This document shows positions 42,090-51,379 of a DNA stretch of 64,000 nucleotides, in pieces. Source of the DNA: Halodesulfurarchaeum sp. (GTDB lineage: Archaea; Halobacteriota; Halobacteria; Halobacteriales; Halobacteriaceae); the NCBI GenBank assembly GCA_034520565.1, contig JAXHNL010000002.1:1632001-1696000 (forward strand), given 5' to 3'. The notes below the pieces were generated by a model. That model was not told where the DNA came from and made no database searches. It saw nothing but the letters and a program-made list of their open reading frames with translations. The position numbers and the translations under genes are program-made. The first letter of the stretch is position 1; each line of letters starts with the position of its first letter.

Positions 42090-43349
42090 TTAGACCACCT
42101 CGAAGAAGCTCATCCAGCCGAGTTCGGCGAATTCTGACTGGTGGGCGTGAAACATGTAGAGTCCCGGTTCATGGTTCGAATAGTCCAGTTCGATGATACC
42201 GCGCTGTGCCTGACATTGCATGACCGTATCGACGGCCTTGTTCGTCGGCAGCAGGGTCGTCCCGTGGTCGTAGTAGTCGAAGAACTGCGAGTGGGTGTGG
42301 AACGAATTGACGGGGTCGAACTCGATTACGTTGGTGAGAAACACCCGCTGACGCTGGTTCTTGTCGATCTGAATCGGACGCTTCGTCTCGCCCGATTGCC
42401 AGTTGCCGTTGCCGTCGGTCTGGCCGACGCTGTAGGCGAATGCCCGAGTGTTAGCGGCGTACACCTCGTTGTCTCCGTCAAAGTTGGTGTCGAAACCGTT
42501 CATCACCATCACCATCTCGTTGACAGCGTCGTTCTCGGGATACTCGTGGTTCCGGCTCTTCGCCTCTGCAACGAGTTCCGCGCGGAGTTCGTCGGTGATT
42601 TGCGAGCGGTGGAACTCACAGTACTGCTCCGGGTTCTCGGCGACGCGCTCCGGGTCGGGGTCGATGATAATTGCCCCGTACAGTCCCCTGTGGATGTGCT
42701 CTTTCAGAGGGAGCGAGTGGCAGTGGTAGAAGTGGCTGCCTGCCGGTTGGGCGATCCACTCGTAAGTGAACGATTCACCGGTGTTGAGGACGCCCGGTCC
42801 GTTGGTCGGAACCCCATCCATATTCGGGTTGAGGTTCCGGAGGTGCGGGTGGATGGTGTGGGCGTGCCGTCCGAGGTTCTCGAACTTCACGCGTATCAGG
42901 TCCCCCTCGACGGCGCGAATTGTCGGACCGGGTACCTGCCCGTTGAAGGCCCACGCCGGAAACTCAATGCCCGGGGCGATGGTAACCGTAGTGTCAACAG
43001 CCTGAAAGGTAAATTCACGGACTGTCCGCCCATTCTCCTCGTAGATGTCCTGTGGGACGTTCTCTTGCTCGCCACGACCCGTGTTGAACTGGTATAGGTA
43101 CTCATGCGGGTCGAAATCGAGATCGCTGTACTCACCGACGGCACCAAAGTTTCCGTGTGAATCGCTGCTGTGACCGTGACCCTCGTTGTCCGCCCGTCCG
43201 GTACCCATGAGAGCGGCACTCCCTGCGAGGCCGATTCCGCCGAGGACTGCCCGGCGAGTGCTCTTGAATTCCGATTCAAGAGAGTCAACCAATCTATGCT
43301 CTAGCTTCTCTGTGAGCTCTGCTGCTCGTGAATAATCTAATGATGGCAT
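42090..43349 (-). CDS. Tat-exported two-domain multicopper oxidase
   Basis: TRRAVL signal; FNGQVPGPTIR, HTIHPH, YHCH...H...L, FHTH, FHAH. Confidence 0.9.
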   Translation of the reverse strand: MPSLDYSRAAELTEKLEHRLVDSLESEFKSTRRAVLGGIGLAGSAALMGTGRADNEGHGHSSDSHGNFGAVGEYSDLDFDPHEYLYQFNTGRGEQENVPQDIYEENGRTVREFTFQAVDTTVTIAPGIEFPAWAFNGQVPGPTIRAVEGDLIRVKFENLGRHAHTIHPHLRNLNPNMDGVPTNGPGVLNTGESFTYEWIAQPAGSHFYHCHSLPLKEHIHRGLYGAIIIDPDPERVAENPEQYCEFHRSQITDELRAELVAEAKSRNHEYPENDAVNEMVMVMNGFDTNFDGDNEVYAANTRAFAYSVGQTDGNGNWQSGETKRPIQIDKNQRQRVFLTNVIEFDPVNSFHTHSQFFDYYDHGTTLLPTNKAVDTVMQCQAQRGIIELDYSNHEPGLYMFHAHQSEFAELGWMSFFEVV

Positions 43350-44060
43350 CTACTGTGCCTCGCTGAATTCCCTGGATTCGCTGCTTGAATGCTTGTTACA
43401 CTGTGAGACGAAGACGTCCGCCGCGATTTCGGTGGGAAGCGAGAACTGCTCGCTGGTCTCTACCACTTCGAGTGTAACCATCTCGAAAGGAGCAATCTCG
43501 GTCACTTCGAGTTGCGTTCCGAGCGTCACGCCAACCGTCGCTAGATAGTCTAACACAGCCGGGTTGCTGTCTCGGACTTCGGAGACGACGGCGATATCTC
43601 CCGTTTCGCACCGTGTGACCGACTGTTGGGCGGAGTCGCGCGGTACTATGAGGTCGGCAGTCGGAATGGGTGTGCCGTGTGGATCAACCGTCGGATCCTC
43701 CAGAACGGTTGCAATTCGCGCTTCAAGCTTCTCACTAATGTAGTGTTCTAGCGCGTCGGCTTCATCGTGAACGTCTGACCAGTCGTATCCAAGCTGCTCA
43801 GTCAAGAACAGTTCGAGGAGTCGATGGTGTCGGACTACTTCGAGAGCCCGTCGTTCGCCGCGAGTGGTGAGGCGGGCCCCCTGATACGGCTCGTAATTGA
43901 CGAACCCATTGTCGTGCATCCGCTGTAACATCGTCGTCACAGTTGGTGGTTTAACCCCCATCGCGGTCGCAATCGCTGACGGTGCGACCCTCGTGTCGTC
44001 ATCCTGAAGGTCGTAGATGACCTTCAGATAGTCTTCGACCTTTCGAGTTACCATATCCAA
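43350..44060 (-). CDS. DtxR/MntR/SirR family metal-dependent repressor with FeoA domain
   Basis: EDYLKVIY, RHHRLLELFL, VHDEADALEH, DPHGTPIP. Confidence 0.93.
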   Translation of the reverse strand: MDMVTRKVEDYLKVIYDLQDDDTRVAPSAIATAMGVKPPTVTTMLQRMHDNGFVNYEPYQGARLTTRGERRALEVVRHHRLLELFLTEQLGYDWSDVHDEADALEHYISEKLEARIATVLEDPTVDPHGTPIPTADLIVPRDSAQQSVTRCETGDIAVVSEVRDSNPAVLDYLATVGVTLGTQLEVTEIAPFEMVTLEVVETSEQFSLPTEIAADVFVSQCNKHSSSESREFSEAQ

Positions 44061-44063
44061 AGA

Positions 44064-44077
44064 TTAGATGTATCTAA
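44064..44077. promoter_or_regulatory. putative DtxR/SirR-type operator
   Basis: inverted repeat TTAGAT-GT-ATCTAA immediately upstream of the regulator start, next to an AT-rich TATA-like stretch. Confidence 0.65.
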
Positions 44078-44170
44078 ATATAAGTTTTGCCGTAAAGAAT
44101 TAACGATCTACGTAGGCGAAATATCGTGGTAAATGGGAGTGGCGGTAGAATATCGTATCGACCAATACCG

Positions 44171-45100
44171 TCACTCGAACCGGTCGGGCTTGATTCTCGC
44201 CAGCCGGTGCGCGTTCGTCGTCACGCCGAGGCTTATCCCCATGTCGCCGACGACGGCGGCGACTGCGACATTCACCAGTTCGAAGGGAACCCCGACGGCC
44301 AGCAGTACCTTCACACCGATGCTTGCCCAGATGTTCTGTCGGATAACGCCGTTCGCCTTCCCTGACAGTGCGTTGAAATACGGGAGTTTCGACAGCTCGT
44401 CACCCACCAATGCGACGTCCGCCGACTCAACTGCCGTGTCGGTACCTGCCACACCCATTGCGACACCGACCGTCGCCGTCGCAAGCGCCGGCGCGTCGTT
44501 GACCCCGTCACCGACCATCATCACCCCACCGAACTCCTCGTCGAGAGCGACCACCCGTCTCCGCCTTCTCCTCGGACAGTAACTCGGCACGCACCTCATC
44601 GACGCCGGCTGTTTCACCGACAACTTGTGCGGTCACCTCGTTGTCGCCGGTTAGCATCACGACGCACTCGACGCCAAGGTCGTGGAGTCGCTCGACCGTT
44701 CGTTTTGCCTCCGAACGAACCTCGTCGGCCACCGCGACGACGCTCACGATCCGCTCCTCGATCCCGACGAGGATGACGGTCTTCCCATCGGCTTGCAAGT
44801 CTTCGACGACGGTGCCATCGGCGGCAGTCTCGTGACTGCCGGAGTCCCCGACCGCGACGCCACCATCTGACGCGACACGGACCGTGTCGAGAGACAGGCC
44901 CAGCTCTTCAAACAGCGCGGGCTTCCCGGCGGAGTACGTCTCGCCATCCAGATCTGCCCGATTGCCTTTCCCAGTCAGCTTCGCAGTCGCGGCGGGCCAA
45001 ACAGTCAGTGAGTACTCGGCACTAGCGTCGGTCTCGGCGAGTTCGTCGAGTGCGCCTTGGTCTCCAGTTACATGATCGACGCGCCAGAGATTATCAGGGG
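44171..45100 (-). pseudogene. truncated, frameshifted heavy-metal P1B-type ATPase (CadA/ZntA-like), C-terminal part only
   Basis: MLTGDN in 44508-45203; [27 protein letters not shown] in 44171-44623; no DKTGT or N-terminal half. Confidence 0.88.
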
Positions 45101-45416
45101 TGACGTGGCAGGAGAGAGCGAATCTTGGTCTCGGAATTGTCGGCGAGGATGTCGGCAACGGCATTGTTGTCTGAAGCATATTCGAGGGAGAAGACGAGTT
45201 CACGCATACCGTTGTATAGGGTAGAGAGGAGTATGAACGCGTTGACCTGCTCTCTTGCTCTTCGTTTATCGTTTATCGTTTATCCACTTCGCGCGCCAAG
45301 TCATTGCACAGGAAGTAGATATATGTTGATTTCAGGTCAGAAATGCCAGTTTTGAGACTGTCGAATTCGGCTGTGTCACGTCTCAAAGGACGATTCGTTC
45401 GACAGTCGAACAAAAG

Positions 45417-45443
45417 CCTGCAGCGCCCATTGTCCGGCGAACG
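45417..45443 (+). repeat. distal att-like copy of the tRNA-Arg 3' end plus flank
   Basis: CCTGCAGCGCCCATTGTCCGGCGAACG versus CCTGCAGCGCCCATTTTCCGGCGAACG at 37450. Confidence 0.88.
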
Positions 45444-45584
45444 GAGGAATTCGTGTATTGAGACCCCGCTGATTCGAGTCGATGCAACCGAAATAGGTGG
45501 AGGCAACGACTTCGGCGGTCATTTCAATACCACATCGGGCCAGAATTTGCGGAGATTTAACCTTCGAACCCGCACAGTACAACT

Positions 45585-45959
45585 ATGGACGTTATCCATA
45601 CCGCAATCTGGGTTTCAGAGATCGAGGCGGCCAGATCGTTTTTCGTCGACGCACTCGGGCTGGCGGAGAACTGGTCGTTTACGCTGAACGGGGTCCAAAA
45701 CGTCTACGTCGGCGGCGAACACGGAGAAATCCAACTTCGCTACGACCCTGAGGCCGAGAAACCCGATCCGGACCGAAAAACGATGGACCACATCGCAGTT
45801 GCCGTCGAAGACGTCGAGGCTGAAACCGAACGGATTGTCGCTGAAACCGACTGTCGAATCGTCGACGGCCCGCTCACAATCGAGCCGGCGAACGCACGCG
45901 TCTCGTTTCTCGAAGGGCCGGATGGATACGTCGTCGAACTGGTGGAATCACTCCCCTAA
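45585..45959 (+). CDS. VOC/glyoxalase family protein
   Basis: HTAIWVS...FF, DHIAVAVED, GPDGYVVELVE. Confidence 0.9.
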   Translation: MDVIHTAIWVSEIEAARSFFVDALGLAENWSFTLNGVQNVYVGGEHGEIQLRYDPEAEKPDPDRKTMDHIAVAVEDVEAETERIVAETDCRIVDGPLTIEPANARVSFLEGPDGYVVELVESLP

Positions 45960-46398
45960 CGGTGGCAGTCGACAGCCAGTTCGAGATGGAGGGCAATCTG
46001 TGCCCACACGATCGTCAGTCGCGGAATCCGCTCGCGTCCCATTCAGGCTGGCTGCTGCCGTCTGATGTCGACGTGGTGCCGCTCTTTTCGGGAGTGTCGT
46101 TCCATGGCGTCTGCTGCCTCGACCTGATCGTCGCCCTCGAACGTCCAACGGCAGTCGGTGCAGGTTGCAACCCATTTCATGGGTGAGGGGTTCTGCGGTT
46201 GTTTCGAACGGATCCAACCTGCGTGTTTTGTGGAAGGCGGGGCATGGGCTTCGAGGGGAACCGTCCCCCCTTATTCTACAATTAGTTGGTAAGTTCAAAA
46301 ACTCTACCCATGCACGGTGAAAGTGAAATTAATCCACAAGATCCGGGATGACAAGCTTCTGCGGTACTACTTTGGCCTCGCGTGCATAATGATAATAT

Positions 46399-46719
46399 AT
46401 GGGATATACGAAAACGAACTATCGGGATGCAGATCCGGTCAGCGAGGCAATGTATTTTCTCCGAAACCCACTCGAGTGTGAGAAGTTGGGGGTGACTGTC
46501 GTCGAGTGCGAGCCCGGGTGGATCGGGATGGAACACGATCACGCCGAGGAGGGCCACGAAGAGGTGTACCTGCTCATGAAGGGAAACGCCACGGTTACCA
46601 TCGACGGCGAAGAAGTTGCGATGAACGAGGGCGACGCAGTTCGGGTCGCTCCGGAGGCGACCCGCCAAATCCGAAACGGCGACAGCGAAAGCACGTTCGT
46701 CCTGGCGGGAGCCCCCTGA
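46399..46719 (+). CDS. cupin domain protein
   Basis: EHDH...HEEVYLLMKG, GDAVRVAP. Confidence 0.88.
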   Translation: MGYTKTNYRDADPVSEAMYFLRNPLECEKLGVTVVECEPGWIGMEHDHAEEGHEEVYLLMKGNATVTIDGEEVAMNEGDAVRVAPEATRQIRNGDSESTFVLAGAP

Positions 46720-47001
46720 AAATTCGAGACATCGTCGGCGTCGAAGTGAACGGTTCGATCGGTCCCCTCCCCTCAGCTGCTTCCGGCGATTATCCTGGTT
46801 TCCCTGCTTTACCCCTTCGTCTTTGCCACAATAGGTGCGATACTCTTCGTGGGGTCCGTTCGAACTGATTGCAAAACTGTCGAGCTTCGATCCACGCCGA
46901 ATTACCCCATTCCGACCCAGTGAGTCTCCGGGCTATCGTCACGACCCGACACAGTTCGCCCCGACCCCAATACCTTACCAGTTACCGGGCCAAGAAGTCT
47001 C

Positions 47002-47475
47002 ATGCTTAGCACGGGCGACCCCGCTCCGGACTTTACGTTACCAAACCAGCACGGTTCCGACGTTACCCTGGCCGATTTCGAGGGGCAACCAGTCGTCGTC
47101 TACTTCTACCCGCGAGCGGATACCCCCGGGTGCACGACCGAGGCCTGCAGTTTCCGTGACAACTGGGAGGCGTATGAAACCCACAACGTTCCAGTGCTCG
47201 GTATCAGCGACGATCCCGCCGAAGACCTCGCCGATTTCGCCGATAAGTACGATCTCCCATTCCACCTGTTGAGCGACGAGGACGGATCGGTCGCCTCGGC
47301 GTACGATTCCTACGGAACGAAAAACGTGTTCGGGAACGTCGTCGAGGGTACCTTCCGAAACACGTACGTGGTCGGTCGGGACGGTACCATTGCCGGGGTC
47401 TTCGAGGACGTCAATCCGGAGGAACACGCCACAGAGGTTCTCGAAACACTCGAATTGCATGGCCCGGAGAAATGA
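47002..47475 (+). CDS. bcp: thioredoxin-dependent peroxiredoxin (BCP/PrxQ)
   Basis: YFYPRADTPGCTTEACSFRD. Confidence 0.95.
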   Translation: MLSTGDPAPDFTLPNQHGSDVTLADFEGQPVVVYFYPRADTPGCTTEACSFRDNWEAYETHNVPVLGISDDPAEDLADFADKYDLPFHLLSDEDGSVASAYDSYGTKNVFGNVVEGTFRNTYVVGRDGTIAGVFEDVNPEEHATEVLETLELHGPEK

Positions 47476-47691
47476 TTCGTGCTGTCGGAGAACGCGAAGA
47501 CCATAGTTCGACAGGACCGGGAGGTATATTGCAAAACCGAGACTGAAGTAGTGGCCGAATTAGCTAGTTAGTTGATCGCAACTGGGTCGTATAAGATAAT
47601 TGATGTAGTGGTCTTCTACCGGCTCAATCCGTCTCTAGAGCTATTACCGCTCGATTAACTCCCCCGTTGCCCAGATATCTGCCAGCCGGTT

Positions 47692-47875
47692 TCAGCCGGC
47701 GCTTTCGTCCTTCAACCACGCCGCTCGGTCGATGGTGTAACTTCCACACTCCGGACACTCCTGATACTGCACCGCGAGGTTCGTTCCGCACGTGACACAC
47801 CGATATGGCGTGTCTTCAGGTGATTTACCTCCAAAAATACCCCGGAGGATGGGAAACGAACGGATTGATTTCACA
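47692..47875 (-). CDS. small CPxCG-type zinc finger protein
   Basis: YRCVTCG...CPECGS at the C-terminus of ORF 47692-47982; start uncertain. Confidence 0.6.
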
Positions 47876-48509
47876 GGTGTACCTGTGTGTTTCCATCGAC
47901 AAAATACCCCCAGATCGTTCAATCGCAGGCAAGCAGTGAGGTTTGAACTTCTCACCAAAATTTGAACCAAATTTGAAACCAAAATCGAAGGTACTGTGGA
48001 GTCATCTTCGTTTCGTTTTATTCCGGACTTGCCTCCAAATTAGTCACATTTCTAATTATTGTTAACGGTTGGTAATATAGAGCGATGAAAACGGGGAACT
48101 GGAACCTATTCAAAGCAGTTTCTCAAGTAATAAACTCGAGGATTTCACTCGCCCGAGTGCGTTGGGTCGACACATTTCACTTTCACCACGCATGGGATAG
48201 GAATATAGGCGATCGAGTACTCACCGCTCATACGGAAGGTACCTGACCCACAGTTTAGCAATGTCAAGTCAAACGTCGACCCTGGGCCGATGTCCGCAAT
48301 GTGGCGTATCTATCGACGAGCACGATGTTCTCATCAGCTACGAACGGGAGAGCGATACAGAATATTACGCCGAATGCCCGGGCTGTCTGGAAGTCATTCA
48401 TCCTCGCAGAGAGTGACGGAGACACTTCGCCAGTTCTTGTGTACAGCTAATCGGCGAAATGGTTGGCGGACCCGACAACTTATCCTGTCGTGGCGACAAT
48501 GTCGGCCAC

Positions 48510-48965
48510 ATGAGCGAAAACCGAGTTATCGATCTGCTCAGGAAGGCATACGGTGACGAAATTGAGACGGTCATGAACTATCAAACGAACGCCATCGTTC
48601 TCGATGGAGTTCGGGCAGAAGAAATCAAAGAGAGCCTGCAGACAGACATCCAAGAGGAGTTGGCCCACTCCCAGCAACTCGGAAACCGGCTCAAGCAGCT
48701 CGACGCCCGCCCACCGAGCTCTGGCGAGTTCACCCCGGGCCAGGAATCGCTCCAACCGCCAGCCGACTCGACCGACGTCCTCGCGGTCATTCAGGGGGTC
48801 CTCGAAGCCGAGGAGGACGCGATCGAAACGTATCGGTCCCTCATTGCTGCGGCTCGCAACGCCGACGATCCAGTCACCGAGGATCTCGCAGTGACGATCC
48901 TCGCCGAAGAGGAAGCCCACCGAACCGAATTTCGTGGCTTCGAAAAAGAATACCAGCACGACTGA
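48510..48965 (+). CDS. ferritin-like (bacterioferritin/Dps-like) di-iron protein
   Basis: DEIETVMNY, EELAH, EEDAIETY, EEEAH ferroxidase-type ligands. Confidence 0.88.
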   Translation: MSENRVIDLLRKAYGDEIETVMNYQTNAIVLDGVRAEEIKESLQTDIQEELAHSQQLGNRLKQLDARPPSSGEFTPGQESLQPPADSTDVLAVIQGVLEAEEDAIETYRSLIAAARNADDPVTEDLAVTILAEEEAHRTEFRGFEKEYQHD

Positions 48966-48989
48966 GAAGAGATACTTCGCTCCCGACTA

Positions 48990-49229
48990 ATGATAGAACT
49001 ATACAGTCTCACGGGCTGTCCGTACTGCGCGAAAGTCGAACAGAAATTGGACGATCTCGGCCTGGAATACGAACGCCACGACGTCCCCAGCCTGCGATCG
49101 CAGCGCGAATCGGTGAAGGAGGTCAGTGGCCAGACCGGCGTTCCCGTTCTCGTCGACACGGAACACGATATTACCGGCATGCCGGAAAGCGACGACATCG
49201 TTGCCTACCTCGAACGCACTTACGGGTAA
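48990..49229 (+). CDS. glutaredoxin-like protein
   Basis: CPYC, GQTGVPVL, ESDDIVAYL. Confidence 0.9.
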   Translation: MIELYSLTGCPYCAKVEQKLDDLGLEYERHDVPSLRSQRESVKEVSGQTGVPVLVDTEHDITGMPESDDIVAYLERTYG

Positions 49230-49307
49230 TGATATCAGTCCGGATGCAGCGACAGGGCAGCCATCAATATCCAACCGCTTTTCCGATTGGTACTCTGTAC
49301 TTACCAC

Positions 49308-49778
49308 ATGTCAATCGAATCCGGCGATTCGGTGACCATCGAATACACCGGCAAACTCGCTGACGGTACCGTCTTCGATACCTCACGACGATCCGTCGGC
49401 GAGGAAGCCGGACTGACGGAGTCCGACCCCGACCGTGAGTACGAGCCCCTTTCGGCAACAGTCGGGACTGGCGAGTTCATCGAGGGGATCGACGACGCAC
49501 TGCTCGGAATGGAACAGGGGGAGTCGAAGACGGTCGAAATTCCGCCCGAAAAGGGATACGGCGAATGGACAGAAGAACACGTCATCGAGTACAATATCGA
49601 TGAACTCGGTTCCGAACTGGGCGAGACACTTCCCGAGGAGGGGACTTTCATTCAGACAGGAGAGGGGTCAGTCGGGGAAATCGTCGACGTCGATGCGGAC
49701 GCGATTCGCGTCGATTTCAACCACAGACTCGCCGGTGAAACCCTCACGTTCGATATCGAAGTCCTCGAGATCGGGTGA
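49308..49778 (+). CDS. FKBP-type peptidyl-prolyl isomerase (SlyD-like)
   Basis: YTGKLADGTVFDTS, IPPEKGYG, DFNHRLAGETLTF. Confidence 0.93.
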   Translation: MSIESGDSVTIEYTGKLADGTVFDTSRRSVGEEAGLTESDPDREYEPLSATVGTGEFIEGIDDALLGMEQGESKTVEIPPEKGYGEWTEEHVIEYNIDELGSELGETLPEEGTFIQTGEGSVGEIVDVDADAIRVDFNHRLAGETLTFDIEVLEIG

Positions 49779-49850
49779 TTGAAGCCGCGGTCGAGAATCC
49801 ACCAGTTTCGTGCGAAGACACCCGCACGGCTCGCCGATTATTCAGGCCGG

Positions 49851-50111
49851 TTAGACCGCACTTGGTTGCCGCTCTGCCGTCTCCGACACGTGTTCGGTGA
49901 ACAGGTAGAGTCGGAGATGGCCGTGAGAGTAGACGAGTTCGTCGACAGCGTCGGTTCGTTTGAGTTCTGTCAGTGCGTCTCGAACCACCCGAAACGGGAG
50001 GTTCGTGTTCTCGATCAGATCTCGCTGTCTCAGGGGCGCGTTCTTCCGCAATTCCCTGTAGACGATCTGGACGTTCGGTGGGTAATCGTCGACCTCATTT
50101 GGTTGCTTCAT
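49851..50111 (-). CDS. small winged-helix protein, similar to the one at 62-322
   Basis: DDYPPNVQIVYREL...LRQRDLIENTNLPFRVVRDAL. Confidence 0.65.
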   Translation of the reverse strand: MKQPNEVDDYPPNVQIVYRELRKNAPLRQRDLIENTNLPFRVVRDALTELKRTDAVDELVYSHGHLRLYLFTEHVSETAERQPSAV

Positions 50112-50287
50112 ATCCAAAGGGAGGGACGCAGGCTTGGTAAGAAAAGGGCCCAATTGATTGGGTGCGTTTGAGCGTCTCTTGTGTGTCCATCGGAGCGAGC
50201 GCGGAGCGATTCGAACAAAATCGGTAGCACAGCGGTTCGCCAAAAGAAGGGGAACCGATTTGGTAGCTGGGGCCACGTTTTCGACTC

Positions 50288-51202
50288 GTGTCATCGAGGG
50301 CAGCCGGGTGGAAAAGCGGGTCGACCCCACTGATCGGACTCGGTGTCGCGCTGGCGGCCATCAGCACGAGCGCGATCCTCGTCCGGTGGAGCGGGGCGCC
50401 GAGTCTCATCAAGGCGTTCTATCGGTCGCTCTTCACCACCCTCCTGCTGGCCCCACTGGGGCTTCGCTACCGCGAGGAGTTCGGGTTGATAGGCCGCCGA
50501 GATGCAGCCTTCGCCGTGGCTGCGGGCGTCGCCCTGGCGATTCACTTTGCGGCCTGGTTCGAGTCGCTGGAGTGGACCAGCATCGCCGCGTCGGTGACAC
50601 TCGTCCAGACCCAGTCGATCTTCGTGGCGATCGCGGCCTGGGCCCTGCTCGAGGAGCGGCTCACGCCCACGATGGTCGCCGGGATCCTGACGGCCCTCGT
50701 CGGATCGGTGCTCATGTCCGCCAGCGACCTGCTCGGCGGCGGGGCCGTCGGGGCGAACCCGCTCTGGGGGAATGCACTCGCCGTCCTCGGCGCGGTGCTG
50801 GCTGCGGGATACGTGCTCGCCGGTCGGTCCCTCCGCCAGCGGATCTCGCTCGTTCCCTACGTCCTGATCGTCTACAGCGTCGCGACGGTCGTCCTCTTTT
50901 TCGTCGCCGCGAGCGGCGGCCACCAGTTCACCGGCTACCCGGGGCGGGAGTGGCTGCTCTTCTTGGCCATGGCGGTCGGACCGGGCATCTTCGGCCACAC
51001 GCTCATCAACTGGGCGCTCAAGTACGTCGAATCGACGGTGGTCAGCGTCTCGCTGCTCGTCGAACCGCTGGGGAGTGCCCTGCTGGCACTCGTGATCTTT
51101 CTCGAGGTGCCGGATCGCTGGACGATCCTCGGCGGGGCGATCGTGCTTAGCGGGATATTCGTGACCGCCCGGGGTCGGGGGGCCGGGGCCCCGACACAGT
51201 GA
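50288..51202 (+). CDS. DMT/EamA family transporter
   Basis: about 10 TM helices; AISTSAILVR, HFAAWFESL, GHTLINWAL, LLVEP. Confidence 0.9.
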   Translation: MSSRAAGWKSGSTPLIGLGVALAAISTSAILVRWSGAPSLIKAFYRSLFTTLLLAPLGLRYREEFGLIGRRDAAFAVAAGVALAIHFAAWFESLEWTSIAASVTLVQTQSIFVAIAAWALLEERLTPTMVAGILTALVGSVLMSASDLLGGGAVGANPLWGNALAVLGAVLAAGYVLAGRSLRQRISLVPYVLIVYSVATVVLFFVAASGGHQFTGYPGREWLLFLAMAVGPGIFGHTLINWALKYVESTVVSVSLLVEPLGSALLALVIFLEVPDRWTILGGAIVLSGIFVTARGRGAGAPTQ

Positions 51203-51305
51203 CCAGAGGGCCGGGGAAGCTGGCGCGGTAGGCCAGTTCGGGCCACCGTCATCGACTCATTCGAATCGTCACGCACTTGGCCCCCCACCGCCAATCGACG
51301 CCTGC

Positions 51306-51379
51306 GCCGCGGTAGCTCAGCCTGGCAGAGCAGTTGATTTGTAATCAACTGGTCGAGGGTTCGAATCCCTCCCGCGGCT
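51306..51379 (+). tRNA. tRNA-Thr(TGT)
   Basis: acceptor stem GCCGCGG/CCGCGGC; anticodon arm GTTGA-TTTGTAA-TCAAC; GGTTCGAATCC. Confidence 0.96.

Larger units (their letters stand above)
37450..45443. mobile_element. degenerate tRNA-Arg-integrated genomic island with metal-homeostasis cargo
   Basis: 27-bp direct repeats at 37450-37476 and 45417-45443 (1 mismatch); AT-rich edges; pseudogenes inside; no integrase seen. Confidence 0.8.

Noticed and set aside
42090-43349. Possible copper nitrite reductase NirK
   Set aside because: It has HTIHPH rather than the NirK HNIDFH motif with catalytic Asp, and four HxH motifs typical of two-domain oxidases
47880-48200. Possible replication origin (AT-rich, with a GTTCCAG-like sequence near 48097)
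   Set aside because: No cdc6/orc gene nearby and no paired full ORB elements with G-strings
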